Source: a virus. Taken from it: DNA of 64,000 bases. Position 1 is the stretch's first letter. Each line of letters starts with the position of its first letter. A model generated the notes under the pieces. That model did no database searches. It was not told the DNA's origin and saw nothing but the letters and a program-made list of their open reading frames with translations. Below are positions 9,667-19,362 of this stretch, in pieces. The position numbers and the translations under genes were made by a program. Where the stretch lies: IMG/VR virus record IMGVR_UViG_3300025405_000009, positions 64,001 to 128,000 of that record. One strand, given 5' to 3'.

Positions 9667-10409
9667 ACTTTACCTAGTAAATGATCCCAGGGAATAAGCC
9701 TGGAATACTTAACAGGATCTTCAATACCTGCATCGATAAATCCCTTAAGACGGAGAGCACATGCTGTACATTCTCCGCATGCTTCCTCTAAACCTTCATA
9801 ACAGGTCCAAGTATTAGCAAAATCAACACCGAGAGAAATACCAAGTTCAATAATTTCTTTCTTTGACTTATCAATAAGAGGTGCTTCAATAGTAATTTTA
9901 TTTCTGCGATTGAGAGCATTTACATTATTAATGGCTGTAAGAAATTCTGGTGAACCATCCCAATAACCAGCTACTGAGTCAGCTTGAGCAGCTCCATGAT
10001 AAACTGTATCAGCGCCTACTCCTTCAGCAAATGATGATGCAATACTCAATAACATCATATTTCTAAACGGTACATAATTTACCGTTTGTGGGTCACCCAT
10101 TACATCCTTAGCTTTAGCTACATCAATATTACGATCAAGAAGAGATGATGTTTTAATCAAATTAAAGAACGGAAGTTCAACTACAGTATTAAAATGTATA
10201 TTCTCATCTGTATCTTTATCTCTAATTGCCTCAATCTGCTTTTCAGCACACTCTAGTTCTTTAATATGCCTTTGACCGTAATCAAAGGAAATAGCATATA
10301 CGTTCTTAAAATTAGCAGCAGCATAGTGAAGAAGGACAGTTGAATCCATCCCTCCACTAATTGGAACTACTACCTTATTCTTCTTCTGTTGTGATGGCTT
10401 CTTCGACAT
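9663..10409 (-). CDS. queC: 7-cyano-7-deazaguanine synthase QueC
   Basis: SGGMDS PP-loop, FDYGQRH, VPFRNMMLLSIA, Zn site CYEG..CGECTAC; alternative start 10418. Confidence 0.95.
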   Translation of the reverse strand: MSKKPSQQKKNKVVVPISGGMDSTVLLHYAAANFKNVYAISFDYGQRHIKELECAEKQIEAIRDKDTDENIHFNTVVELPFFNLIKTSSLLDRNIDVAKAKDVMGDPQTVNYVPFRNMMLLSIASSFAEGVGADTVYHGAAQADSVAGYWDGSPEFLTAINNVNALNRRNKITIEAPLIDKSKKEIIELGISLGVDFANTWTCYEGLEEACGECTACALRLKGFIDAGIEDPVKYSRLIPWDHLLGKV

Positions 10410-11505
10410 GATCTTCATTCATATTATTATACTTGTAATCGTCTGCAAGCTTTTTATCGAGCTCAGGGATAATAAAGTCCTCAAAGAATGAGATATCTTT
10501 TACAAAATTCTTAGCATAACCAAGCTTGTCACCCTTCTTATACTTACCGCAGTCCATACCAACAACATAGGTAGAACCCGTTTGTTCGATAATCCCGCGT
10601 GCTGTAGCCATCTGAAGAAGACCACTGTATTTGTTAAGTCCTGACTTAAACGAAAGGTACATTTCAGCCTCAAGGAATGGAGGTACAAAGCGGTTCTTAA
10701 CCGTAAGAGCTCTAATTGTTGTACCAGAATACTTGTTAGCTTCTGCAAGCTTATCTGTATTAATAGCACCCGAATCACCTTCACCTTCTTTTTCATTTCT
10801 CTTAGCAAGCTGAACCAAAATACTAGCCATATAGACTGGACCTGAACCACCAGATTGAGTCTTAACAAGGGTCGGAAACATCGAACCAGGATCAGAATAC
10901 GTATGATTGGTAAACATAATCGTTACACCAGCTTTACCTGCCTTATAGGTAAGAGTTCTAAGCATTGACTTAAGAGACTTAGCTCTTGTACCCATATCAG
11001 CTGCTGACTTATCCTTTGTAATATCATCAATTTCTTTCTGTGAAGAAAGATTACCAAGACTATCAATACTAATAATAAACTTACCTTGTTGACCAGCTTC
11101 AATTACACTATCAAGGAAAGCTGAAATTTGATTACGGCATTGATCGACTGTATAAACTGGAACATATTTTGTCTTACTAGCATCTAAACCAACACCTCTT
11201 GTTGAGCTTTCATCAATAGCAAACTCAGTATCAAAAATAACAGGAATGACACCTCGCTTCTGAGCATTAGCAAGAATCTTATTAACAACAAATGTCTTAC
11301 CAGTCATTGACTCTCCAGAGAAACCAACAATACGACCTTTAGGAATACCACCTTTACGACAACTACCCCCAAGAATAGCATTAAGAGCATAACACCCAGT
11401 ATCATACCATACATCAACATTAGATAATGCATTTTCATCAAGCATTGTTGCTTCACTATTCATTGCATCTAGTTTCTTAAAAATATTGTCAATCTCTTTA
11501 CTCAT
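10375..11505 (-). CDS. uvsX: RecA-like recombinase UvsX
   Basis: GESMTGKT, FDTE, IDSLGNL, SGGSGPVYMAS. Confidence 0.92.
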   Translation of the reverse strand: MSKEIDNIFKKLDAMNSEATMLDENALSNVDVWYDTGCYALNAILGGSCRKGGIPKGRIVGFSGESMTGKTFVVNKILANAQKRGVIPVIFDTEFAIDESSTRGVGLDASKTKYVPVYTVDQCRNQISAFLDSVIEAGQQGKFIISIDSLGNLSSQKEIDDITKDKSAADMGTRAKSLKSMLRTLTYKAGKAGVTIMFTNHTYSDPGSMFPTLVKTQSGGSGPVYMASILVQLAKRNEKEGEGDSGAINTDKLAEANKYSGTTIRALTVKNRFVPPFLEAEMYLSFKSGLNKYSGLLQMATARGIIEQTGSTYVVGMDCGKYKKGDKLGYAKNFVKDISFFEDFIIPELDKKLADDYKYNNMNEDHVEEAITTEEE

Positions 11506-11513
11506 ATTCAAAT

Positions 11514-11541
11514 ATTATAGAACCATAATTAGTATAATCAA
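11514..11541 (-). promoter_or_regulatory. Sigma70-type promoter for uvsX-queC
   Basis: TTGATT-N16-TATAAT, 8 nt before ATG. Confidence 0.65.
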
Positions 11542-11542
11542 C

Positions 11543-11576
11543 AAAAAAAATACCCGGCTTTCACCGGGTATTTTTT
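11543..11576. terminator. Rho-independent (bidirectional) terminator
   Basis: A-run TACCCGG ctttca CCGGGTA T-run. Confidence 0.85.
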
Positions 11577-11603
11577 ACTGGTTTCTTGAGAGCAGATTAC
11601 GAT

Positions 11604-11960
11604 TTACTCATCAAAAAGCTTTACAACACTAGGGCTTGCTGGTGCAATAAGTGGTGCATCAACAAACAACTTGCTGTACTGGTCGAGAAGACGTGCATCG
11701 TTCTCGACGTTAAGACCGTGAACAGTATTAGCATAGCTATACTTCCACTGTGTGCCCTCTTCCTTATTCTTATCGGAGACGAACTCACGGAAATAAAGAG
11801 GAATTGTTTGTACATTAAGCTGACCCTGTGGGGTTGGCTGAACGTGAATGATTGCTGGGTTCTTGACCACGAACGTAGTTTCGTCTGAAGAGACGAGCTC
11901 GCCGATCGTTGTACGACCGATGTGATCAATGAATGTGATAAGATTTAGTGTATCGCTCAT
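11604..11960 (-). CDS. Hypothetical protein, possible phage Sm-like domain
   Basis: 118 aa; GRTTIGEL...VVKNPAIIHVQPTPQGQL pattern recalls small Sm-like proteins of T4-like phages. Confidence 0.5.
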   Translation of the reverse strand: MSDTLNLITFIDHIGRTTIGELVSSDETTFVVKNPAIIHVQPTPQGQLNVQTIPLYFREFVSDKNKEEGTQWKYSYANTVHGLNVENDARLLDQYSKLFVDAPLIAPASPSVVKLFDE

Positions 11961-11968
11961 AGATGTAT

Positions 11969-11997
11969 ATATTAAATACGCGGTATAAAAAAATCAA
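11969..11997 (-). promoter_or_regulatory. Sigma70-type promoter
   Basis: TTGATT-N17-TAATAT, 8 nt before ATG at 11960. Confidence 0.6.
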
Positions 11998-14589
11998 CTA
12001 TTCAAGTCCTAAAAGATCAAATAAATCTGTCTGTGCAGACATAGCAGGATCTTTTAACTTCCAGTTAACAGCATTATAAAAACGCTCAATTACCTGAAAG
12101 ATAATTTTCTTAAAGATAAATTCATAATCAGGCTCAAAGATATCAGCAAACTCCTTAGGGTAATAGTATTTGTATCCAATTACAGAAATACCATATTTGT
12201 TTGGCTTACGAAGATAAAAATACTTAATTTTATCTCCAGAGGAAATTGCTTCATACTTTCGTTCAATATTAAACTTACTAAGTAAAAGATTGTGATAGTA
12301 TGCTGCTTTAACATGAATAGGCATTCTCTTTACAGTTTTAAAGTCCTTACTATTTGAAGCATATTTCTCGTACCCCTTAACGCCCATTACAGAAGCAATA
12401 TCTTCAACGGGTAACGTTTTAAACGTTTCATAAGTTTCTGTAAAAACTTTATTAGCATCAGTAAGAGATTTCGTAGTAAGCATGGTTTCGATAATACGCT
12501 TTACGTAAGGTTTAATCTGCTTGGGCATTGTTGTTCTTACAACTTCAACACCTGTATATTTAAATTTGTTACATGGAATACCTTCTACGTCAAGAAGATG
12601 AAGGACATAACGTTTCTTTTGTAAGAAGATACCGCTATCGGCAATTGCTTCACGCTTGAACACTAATCGACAGTCAGTTGAATTTAAATCAGCTTTACCC
12701 CATTTTACAATTTCAGTATTGAGATGATCTTCAATATCCTGAACCGCCTTATAGTACTCTGTTGTTACATTGCCGTCCTTATCGTATGTTTCAATACCTT
12801 TAGCTTTAATAAGATGCTTGATAGAAATATAACTACTATCAGTATCATTGTAAATAATTGGTGAATTTTCTTTTAGATATTCTTCTGTTAATCCGGTGTT
12901 ATCTTTAATATAATTTGTTAAAATTTGATTAGATTGTTTAATTACAGCCTGACCAGTAAGAGTAATAGATTCAGCAAGCTCATCATCACCAAGGGGACTA
13001 TGCTTATTGCCAAAGTAACCATAGATAGTATTAATAAGAATCTTAATAGTATGCTGACGTATGTTAAGATTATCAATTTCATTTTGAACTTTCTTATAAT
13101 TAGGATCTGTTTCTTTTATATTAATTGCAGCTTTTTTAGCTTTAGTTAATAGCTTTTTAATCTCTACACGCTTTTTATAATAATAATCAACAGTAATTGG
13201 AATAACCCCTTTCTCTTTTTGTGAGAATAATACATTAGCTTTTGAAATAGCAAGTTGTTCAATTTCAATAAAAGTAGCAAATTTTTTATGAGATAGATTG
13301 TATTCCTTTCCATTTACATGTTTAAATACAACTCCGGTTTCAGTCTTTTCAGTAATCTTGCCTACCTTTGTTTCAGGTGATAGGTTGAGAGTAATCATCA
13401 TGTTAGGATATAGACTGTTTGCATCAAACGAAACAATATGTTCTTGAAAGTCTCTCTGTGGTTCACCTACGTACGCACCTGCATTCTTCTGACCGCCTTC
13501 TTTAATCTCTTTAACAAATGTAGGAATTCGTTGATCCTTAGTGCGTGCACGAATAGAGCAAAGACCTGTAATTACTGAAAGTGATCCTAACGCTCCCTCG
13601 AATGTTGTAAGACCGGCATATGCAATCATTCTTAATAGTTGAATGTATTGTAGTTTCTTTTCTAAGTTAATAAGAAGAGTAACGTCCTGAATATTATACT
13701 CAACAAATAACTCCCAGTTTTCTTCTGATAAGCTTGCAAGATCCGTATCACCATAATCAATCTTGCGCTGATCTAATTCAATTTCACCAATTGCATCGAG
13801 TTTATATGACTCACGCAGTACAGGACAAAAGCGCTGATAAATCTGTAAATAGTCAACACAAGATATACCTTCAATATGCCAACGTGTTTGTTCCCTACCA
13901 AACTTACCCATAAATGTACGTGCACGCATTGATCCAATAGGTGAGAGTCTACGAACCTCATCTTCACCTACGATCTTTGTCATACGATTAATAATGTAAG
14001 GTATATCAAAAAACTCTGAGTTCCATCCCGATAAAATATCAGGATAATCTTTAGAAAAGAAATCTAAAAATTTTATATACAACTCACGCTCAGTCTTACA
14101 ATAGATATATGTTGTTTTATCGTTAGCCTTGGTAAATGGTTTTGTACCCCAGACAGTGTATCTTTCAGTAATAGTATCATAGATAGTAATTACATTAATT
14201 GGATCTTGAGGATTATTAATATCTGGAAATGCATCTGGACTATATGTTTCGATATCAATAAAGTGTACCTTCAGTGGATATTGATTAAATTCATCTTTTT
14301 CATTATCCTGCCAAAATGTATCAATAAGAAATTGTTGTTGTACATTAAAATTATCAAAAACACGAACAATACCATTATCTTTAATATACCGAGAGCGTTC
14401 GGATTGATTTTTAAATCTCTTCTTCTTTAACTTAGTATTAAAGATACTCATTGCATCCGGAGCATTATTTGTCTCAAGATAAATGTATGGCTCGTATGTA
14501 GAGGGTAAGGTAATACGATTACCTTGATCATCCCATGTATAAAGATTCATGGTCTGAGTACGAGGTGAGTACGCTACATTTCTAAACAT
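11998..14589 (-). CDS. gp43: Family B DNA polymerase (gp43)
   Basis: Exo FIDIETYS, WNSEFFDIPY, YNIQD; Pol SFDANSLYP, KILINTIYG, YNDTDS; uninterrupted 863 aa. Confidence 0.96.
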   Translation of the reverse strand: MFRNVAYSPRTQTMNLYTWDDQGNRITLPSTYEPYIYLETNNAPDAMSIFNTKLKKKRFKNQSERSRYIKDNGIVRVFDNFNVQQQFLIDTFWQDNEKDEFNQYPLKVHFIDIETYSPDAFPDINNPQDPINVITIYDTITERYTVWGTKPFTKANDKTTYIYCKTERELYIKFLDFFSKDYPDILSGWNSEFFDIPYIINRMTKIVGEDEVRRLSPIGSMRARTFMGKFGREQTRWHIEGISCVDYLQIYQRFCPVLRESYKLDAIGEIELDQRKIDYGDTDLASLSEENWELFVEYNIQDVTLLINLEKKLQYIQLLRMIAYAGLTTFEGALGSLSVITGLCSIRARTKDQRIPTFVKEIKEGGQKNAGAYVGEPQRDFQEHIVSFDANSLYPNMMITLNLSPETKVGKITEKTETGVVFKHVNGKEYNLSHKKFATFIEIEQLAISKANVLFSQKEKGVIPITVDYYYKKRVEIKKLLTKAKKAAINIKETDPNYKKVQNEIDNLNIRQHTIKILINTIYGYFGNKHSPLGDDELAESITLTGQAVIKQSNQILTNYIKDNTGLTEEYLKENSPIIYNDTDSSYISIKHLIKAKGIETYDKDGNVTTEYYKAVQDIEDHLNTEIVKWGKADLNSTDCRLVFKREAIADSGIFLQKKRYVLHLLDVEGIPCNKFKYTGVEVVRTTMPKQIKPYVKRIIETMLTTKSLTDANKVFTETYETFKTLPVEDIASVMGVKGYEKYASNSKDFKTVKRMPIHVKAAYYHNLLLSKFNIERKYEAISSGDKIKYFYLRKPNKYGISVIGYKYYYPKEFADIFEPDYEFIFKKIIFQVIERFYNAVNWKLKDPAMSAQTDLFDLLGLE

Positions 14590-14595
14590 GCTTTT

Positions 14596-14624
14596 ATTAT
14601 ACAGGCATCTACCTGACAGGTCAA
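14596..14624 (-). promoter_or_regulatory. Consensus sigma70 promoter for gp43
   Basis: TTGACC-N17-TATAAT, 6 nt before ATG. Confidence 0.8.
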
Positions 14625-15848
14625 CTAGCTTATGCCGTTAATTGCGTTTAACAATTTACGCTCTGGATGTCCGTATGGGTAATTAAACAATTCAACGTAT
14701 TTGTTAATATTATCTTCATTTTCTAACCAGCGTTCTTCGGCTGACTTACGGGCCTTAGCACATATATTCATATAACGCCCTTTCTTAGAAAGAACATCAT
14801 CAATAATAGCAATCATCTCTTCACCTGTATTAAACTTAAACGGTGCATCTTTATATGTTACCAGATTTTGACAAGCAATAGGTAAACCATAGCAGTTTGC
14901 CTCTACAAGCTTAAGATCTGATTTTGACTTATTAAAATTATTATCCTGTAAAGGTGCAACTAACATATTAACATTAAGCTTACTAACTTTCTCTGGATAG
15001 GTATAAAGCTGCTCCCATGGATGAAATTCCATCTCACCGTTCTGTACAAATGGATGCAATGGTAATGGATATGCACCTAAAAATACCCATTGATACTTGT
15101 GTCTTGAATCAACGATTGCTCTATTGACATGCTCAAAATCATCTTTTTGTCCAACGCGATTATCTACATCAAAATGGGCACCAGATCCTGCATATAGGAT
15201 TCTTGGTTTATTCTTATAACGATCATAGTTATCAGATACTTTCTTTTCATTATAAAAATGACCCATCCACCACTTTGGTGGATAATTTGGTATTACTGTA
15301 ATATTTTTATTAGAAGTTTTACCCATGTAATACTCCTTCATGAAATCGCAAGTTACAGTTATTTCATCACATAATTCCATAATTTCTTGAGCAGTAGCTC
15401 GAATTTTTGGATCTGTAAAGGCGGGTTTAAATTTATTGTACTCCGGAATATCTTCAGAAAATACAAGATCATCAATTTCGTAAATAAGACGAAACCCCAT
15501 TTGTCTACTAAGATCTTTAAGAAATTTAACAAACTGCAATTGATGTTCAGTGGCTTGACGTTGAATACGTACAACCTGAGCACCTCTAAAATAATTAGGA
15601 TCGAGATTCATAACTGTACTTCCATGTACAGTCATCTTCTGATGAGCGTTGAGTAAATGTTCAGGCCAAATCATTCTCCAAAAACCACAACCACTATAAT
15701 CAGCATAATACTGAAGCACACGTTTTAAATTCATCTCAGGCGGTTGAGGTACTTCCTGTTGTACAGGCTGTGGTGGTAGCATACCTCCACCGAAAGGTGA
15801 TGCACCAAAAGGAGAAACAAAAGGAGAAGTAGGGAATGGATTAAACAT
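14625..15848 (-). CDS. GT-B fold glycosyltransferase (family 4-like)
   Basis: SGCGFWRMIWP, IYEIDDLVF, ILYAGS, FNKSKSDLKLVEA..GLP; start moved to MFNPF after the gp46 stop. Confidence 0.78.
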   Translation of the reverse strand: MFNPFPTSPFVSPFGASPFGGGMLPPQPVQQEVPQPPEMNLKRVLQYYADYSGCGFWRMIWPEHLLNAHQKMTVHGSTVMNLDPNYFRGAQVVRIQRQATEHQLQFVKFLKDLSRQMGFRLIYEIDDLVFSEDIPEYNKFKPAFTDPKIRATAQEIMELCDEITVTCDFMKEYYMGKTSNKNITVIPNYPPKWWMGHFYNEKKVSDNYDRYKNKPRILYAGSGAHFDVDNRVGQKDDFEHVNRAIVDSRHKYQWVFLGAYPLPLHPFVQNGEMEFHPWEQLYTYPEKVSKLNVNMLVAPLQDNNFNKSKSDLKLVEANCYGLPIACQNLVTYKDAPFKFNTGEEMIAIIDDVLSKKGRYMNICAKARKSAEERWLENEDNINKYVELFNYPYGHPERKLLNAINGIS

Positions 15849-15861
15849 GAGCTGGTATATT

Positions 15862-17673
15862 TTAAGCAGTATATTCCTTAAAATCAACACGACGGGTAAT
15901 GCCATTTGTCTTTTCTAAGAAAATAATATTACCTGTTGCAGCTTTAATACTTTCTTTACGATGACTAATAACCATAATGGATTCGTTAAATTTTTCAATT
16001 CGTTCCTTGAGAATATTAATAACAAGCTCTACACCTCTTTCATCAAGACTTGAATCAAAAAGCTCGTCGTAAATACTAAAATTAAAACATACATCTCCCT
16101 GTAGCCTTCTAATATCCATAAAAGCAAAAAGACAAGCTAAGTCAACACTCTTTCTTTCAGCTCCACTAAAGTTAAAATAAGAACATTCCTTACCTTTGTT
16201 ATCAACAATCTTTTCTTCAAAGTATTCATTAAATTCACACTTACAGTTTGCATCCATTTTACCTAAGTAGTATGCAAGTTTTGTATTAAAGATTTGAAGA
16301 ATCTTAGTTACGATATATGATTTAACACCTTCTTCAGATACAACAAATTTAGCTACATCATAATTACTAAGAACAGTTTTTAATTGCTCAAGATCATGTT
16401 GAAGTTGAGTACATTTATTTTTTTGTTCATTAATAACATCATCAAATGAAGTAGAGGTTGTCTCGAGTTCGGTTAAATCTTGCTCTAGCATCTTTTGCCA
16501 TTCCTCTAATTGAACTAATCTGTCATTAAGACCTGTAATATCTTTTTCTTCTAAAGCAATATTATGAATGTCTGTTTCAATTGATCTAACTTTTTGTTTT
16601 ACCTCAGACTGCTTAGTTATAATTTGACTTTCTTTTATACTTTGTTCATCAATAAATGCTTCATGATTTTGAATTAAATTATTAATTTTTTTCTTCTCAT
16701 CCTCAATATGACTCTTATCATTGTCTTCTATAATACGTAGACAGGATGGACATTTATCTTTACCTGAAATAACATTCTTAATTTGTTTTTCAAGTTGAGT
16801 AATAAGAGTTTGCTTTTCACTCTTTTGATGTCTAATAGTCTGTAATGTTGTGTCTAATTTTTTTAACCCATCATTAAGTTTAATTATTTTATCTTGTAAA
16901 TCAGTTGTACTTTTTTTAGTAAATGACGCTAGTTTATTACTAATAGTTTGAATTTCATTAGCATTATTTGTTTGACGGTTTTTATATTTTTCAACTTTTT
17001 CATCGCGCTTTCGTATAGCATCTTCTTGTTGAGTTTCTAATACATTTAACGCTCTGGTAGCCTCATCATATCGCGTTGATTCAATATCGAAATCTTTTTT
17101 CTTCTCAAGTATATCACTTTTAAGAAGAGATAACATTTCACTAAACACACCGAGATTAAAAATATCTTCAATAAATCGTCTTTTTTCTTGCTTCTTTTTT
17201 GCCATAAACGGAGTTGTATTGTTTATGGTCATAATTACACAGTTCTGAAATATTTCAGGTGTGCAGTTAAATTTATGCATTATAAATGCATTTGTATTGG
17301 ATATACTGTCTCTAGTCTTATCCTCTCCGTTAATAGTAATAAAACATTTAGAAGGTTCTAACGTTCGTCGTATAACGATCTCTTCTGTTTTGTCGAAGTA
17401 TTTAATGGTGGCTCCCAAAACCACCTCGCAATTCTTCTTATTAATATTATTAATAATATGTTCTTTCTTGAGTTCACGTAATGTTTCACCAAAAACTGCA
17501 AAGTAAATAGCATCAGCAACTGTTGATTTACCAACACCGTTACGTCTATCTTCCTTATCTTTATTTATTCCAGTTATGATATGTAATCCCCGTTGAAAGT
17601 CAACTTCAACTGGTACATTACCTACAGAAAGAAAGTTCTGTATTTTAACATTATTAAAATTTATATACTTCAT
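15862..17673 (-). CDS. gp46: SbcC/Rad50-like recombination ATPase (gp46)
   Basis: NGVGKST, Zn hook CPSC in coiled coil, FSGAE signature, DELFDSSLD. Confidence 0.93.
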   Translation of the reverse strand: MKYINFNNVKIQNFLSVGNVPVEVDFQRGLHIITGINKDKEDRRNGVGKSTVADAIYFAVFGETLRELKKEHIINNINKKNCEVVLGATIKYFDKTEEIVIRRTLEPSKCFITINGEDKTRDSISNTNAFIMHKFNCTPEIFQNCVIMTINNTTPFMAKKKQEKRRFIEDIFNLGVFSEMLSLLKSDILEKKKDFDIESTRYDEATRALNVLETQQEDAIRKRDEKVEKYKNRQTNNANEIQTISNKLASFTKKSTTDLQDKIIKLNDGLKKLDTTLQTIRHQKSEKQTLITQLEKQIKNVISGKDKCPSCLRIIEDNDKSHIEDEKKKINNLIQNHEAFIDEQSIKESQIITKQSEVKQKVRSIETDIHNIALEEKDITGLNDRLVQLEEWQKMLEQDLTELETTSTSFDDVINEQKNKCTQLQHDLEQLKTVLSNYDVAKFVVSEEGVKSYIVTKILQIFNTKLAYYLGKMDANCKCEFNEYFEEKIVDNKGKECSYFNFSGAERKSVDLACLFAFMDIRRLQGDVCFNFSIYDELFDSSLDERGVELVINILKERIEKFNESIMVISHRKESIKAATGNIIFLEKTNGITRRVDFKEYTA

Positions 17674-18734
17674 ACGTTACAAGCTCGCTTATATAGATCG
17701 AGACAGTACGTTATTATCTGATTTTTATTTTCAATATCAAGCACGTTTACAAATTCTTCTATTGTTTTTTGCATATCTACACCTGCAGCTTCATAGTTAT
17801 GATCGTCAACGGTAATAGAGTTATTAAAGAGAGAGTAGTCAACAGAAAATGAAAATGGTTTAAATTCATTCATTTTTTTAATTAATGCCTCAATTCCATC
17901 TTCTTTTGCTTTTTTATCAATAACAAGTTTAATGATACTATTATTAACAAGTTTTTTTACATCCTCACCACTCAGACTTTTATGTGATGTAAGCTCAGTA
18001 AGAGTAATTTTTTTATGCTTTGGTGATAATTTATTTTCGTAAAAAGTATATGTACTGGATGGTATATCTAAGATATAATATCCTTTTGTACTACCTGCGT
18101 CACCAAAATCCATTTCAAAAGGATTACCGACATAAACAATAGTACCATCATTATATTTTCTTTCATCACGTAGATGAAAGTGACCTGTCATAACTAGATC
18201 TGCTTTTTCTAAAAGGTTAGCAGACTTAGCTCCGTGGTCACATGACTTAAAACTATTCATTTTAAAACTTTCTATTTCTAAGTGACCAAACATAATATCT
18301 ACCTCATTAACACTATCAATATTAGCACCCCATGGTAAAAATAATACTTTTTTACCAAACAGAGTAGTTTCAGTAGCGGCATCAATAACGGTAATATTTT
18401 TTCTTCCATTAAGAATTGATAATGAATTTACATCTGATCTATCTTTATAAAAAGCATCATGATTACCAACAATAAAAACCATATTAAAGTTTTTTAATTT
18501 TTGTAAGATCTGTGCAGCAATATGTAACGTAGAAACAGATATATCACTACGGTAATGAAAAAAATCTCCTAAAAAGAAAATATCCGTAATGCCTCTTTTA
18601 GTTAAATCCTCTACAAACCAATCACACCAGGCAAGTGCAGTTTCATGCCATACAATTGAATCTTGATGTACACCAAGATGAAGGTCTGAAAAAATTGCTA
18701 CTTTTGATTGTTTAATGTTTATCTCACTCGTCAT
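17670..18734 (-). CDS. gp47: SbcD/Mre11-like nuclease (gp47)
   Basis: SDLHLG, LGDFF, GNHD, GHLE, GHFH. Confidence 0.92.
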   Translation of the reverse strand: MTSEINIKQSKVAIFSDLHLGVHQDSIVWHETALAWCDWFVEDLTKRGITDIFFLGDFFHYRSDISVSTLHIAAQILQKLKNFNMVFIVGNHDAFYKDRSDVNSLSILNGRKNITVIDAATETTLFGKKVLFLPWGANIDSVNEVDIMFGHLEIESFKMNSFKSCDHGAKSANLLEKADLVMTGHFHLRDERKYNDGTIVYVGNPFEMDFGDAGSTKGYYILDIPSSTYTFYENKLSPKHKKITLTELTSHKSLSGEDVKKLVNNSIIKLVIDKKAKEDGIEALIKKMNEFKPFSFSVDYSLFNNSITVDDHNYEAAGVDMQKTIEEFVNVLDIENKNQIITYCLDLYKRACNV

Positions 18735-19362
18735 CACTTTCGTCATCTCCTGTTGGTTCAACATAGATGCTACCTGCACATGCATCACTTGCTTCAATCA
18801 TTAATTCTGTATAAACTTTTTCTCTATACTCGTTAATAGCTTCGTGATGCTTCTTTTCTTTTTTAATTCTATTAATAAATGCATGGAAGGCGATAGTTGT
18901 AAAATAAGAGAATGGACTAAATCCTGAATCAATCTTAAATTTTTTATTCTTTAAAGCAGAAAACATTTTAACTATTGCATCACCTACCATGTCTTCTTTA
19001 TAACTATAATTTAAAAAATTAGGTGCATAAGAAAGGCCGTTAGCAATTTTATTTAAACTTTCACCGAGCTTAATTGTAATATTACCTGTATTATAATAGT
19101 TACGAATTTCATCTTCAAATTCTTTACTGTTTACATAATGAACTTTATCTTTTGGTTTAATCTTTTTAGGTGCAGCTTCAGGTACAATTTCTTCTATTAA
19201 TTTAACCGGATCAATTTTAAGTAAACTATCAATTCCAGCATCACCAAAAATTTCTTCTTGTGGTACATCGGATACAACTTCACTAAGCAAAGATATTATC
19301 TTAGGCTTTGCCTTAGTTTTCTTGTATGGTTTTTTCGGTGTAGATAATGGTTTCTTTTTCAT
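18724..19362 (-). CDS. gp55: Late transcription sigma factor (gp55)
   Basis: HYVNSKEF, IANGLSYAPNFLNYSYKEDMVGDA, PFSYFTTIAFHAFINRIKKEKK. Confidence 0.9.
   Translation of the reverse strand: MKKKPLSTPKKPYKKTKAKPKIISLLSEVVSDVPQEEIFGDAGIDSLLKIDPVKLIEEIVPEAAPKKIKPKDKVHYVNSKEFEDEIRNYYNTGNITIKLGESLNKIANGLSYAPNFLNYSYKEDMVGDAIVKMFSALKNKKFKIDSGFSPFSYFTTIAFHAFINRIKKEKKHHEAINEYREKVYTELMIEASDACAGSIYVEPTGDDESDDE

Noticed and set aside
11998-14589. Intron or intein in the polymerase or helicases
   Set aside because: Motif spacing and lengths are normal; no insertions or splice-junction motifs.
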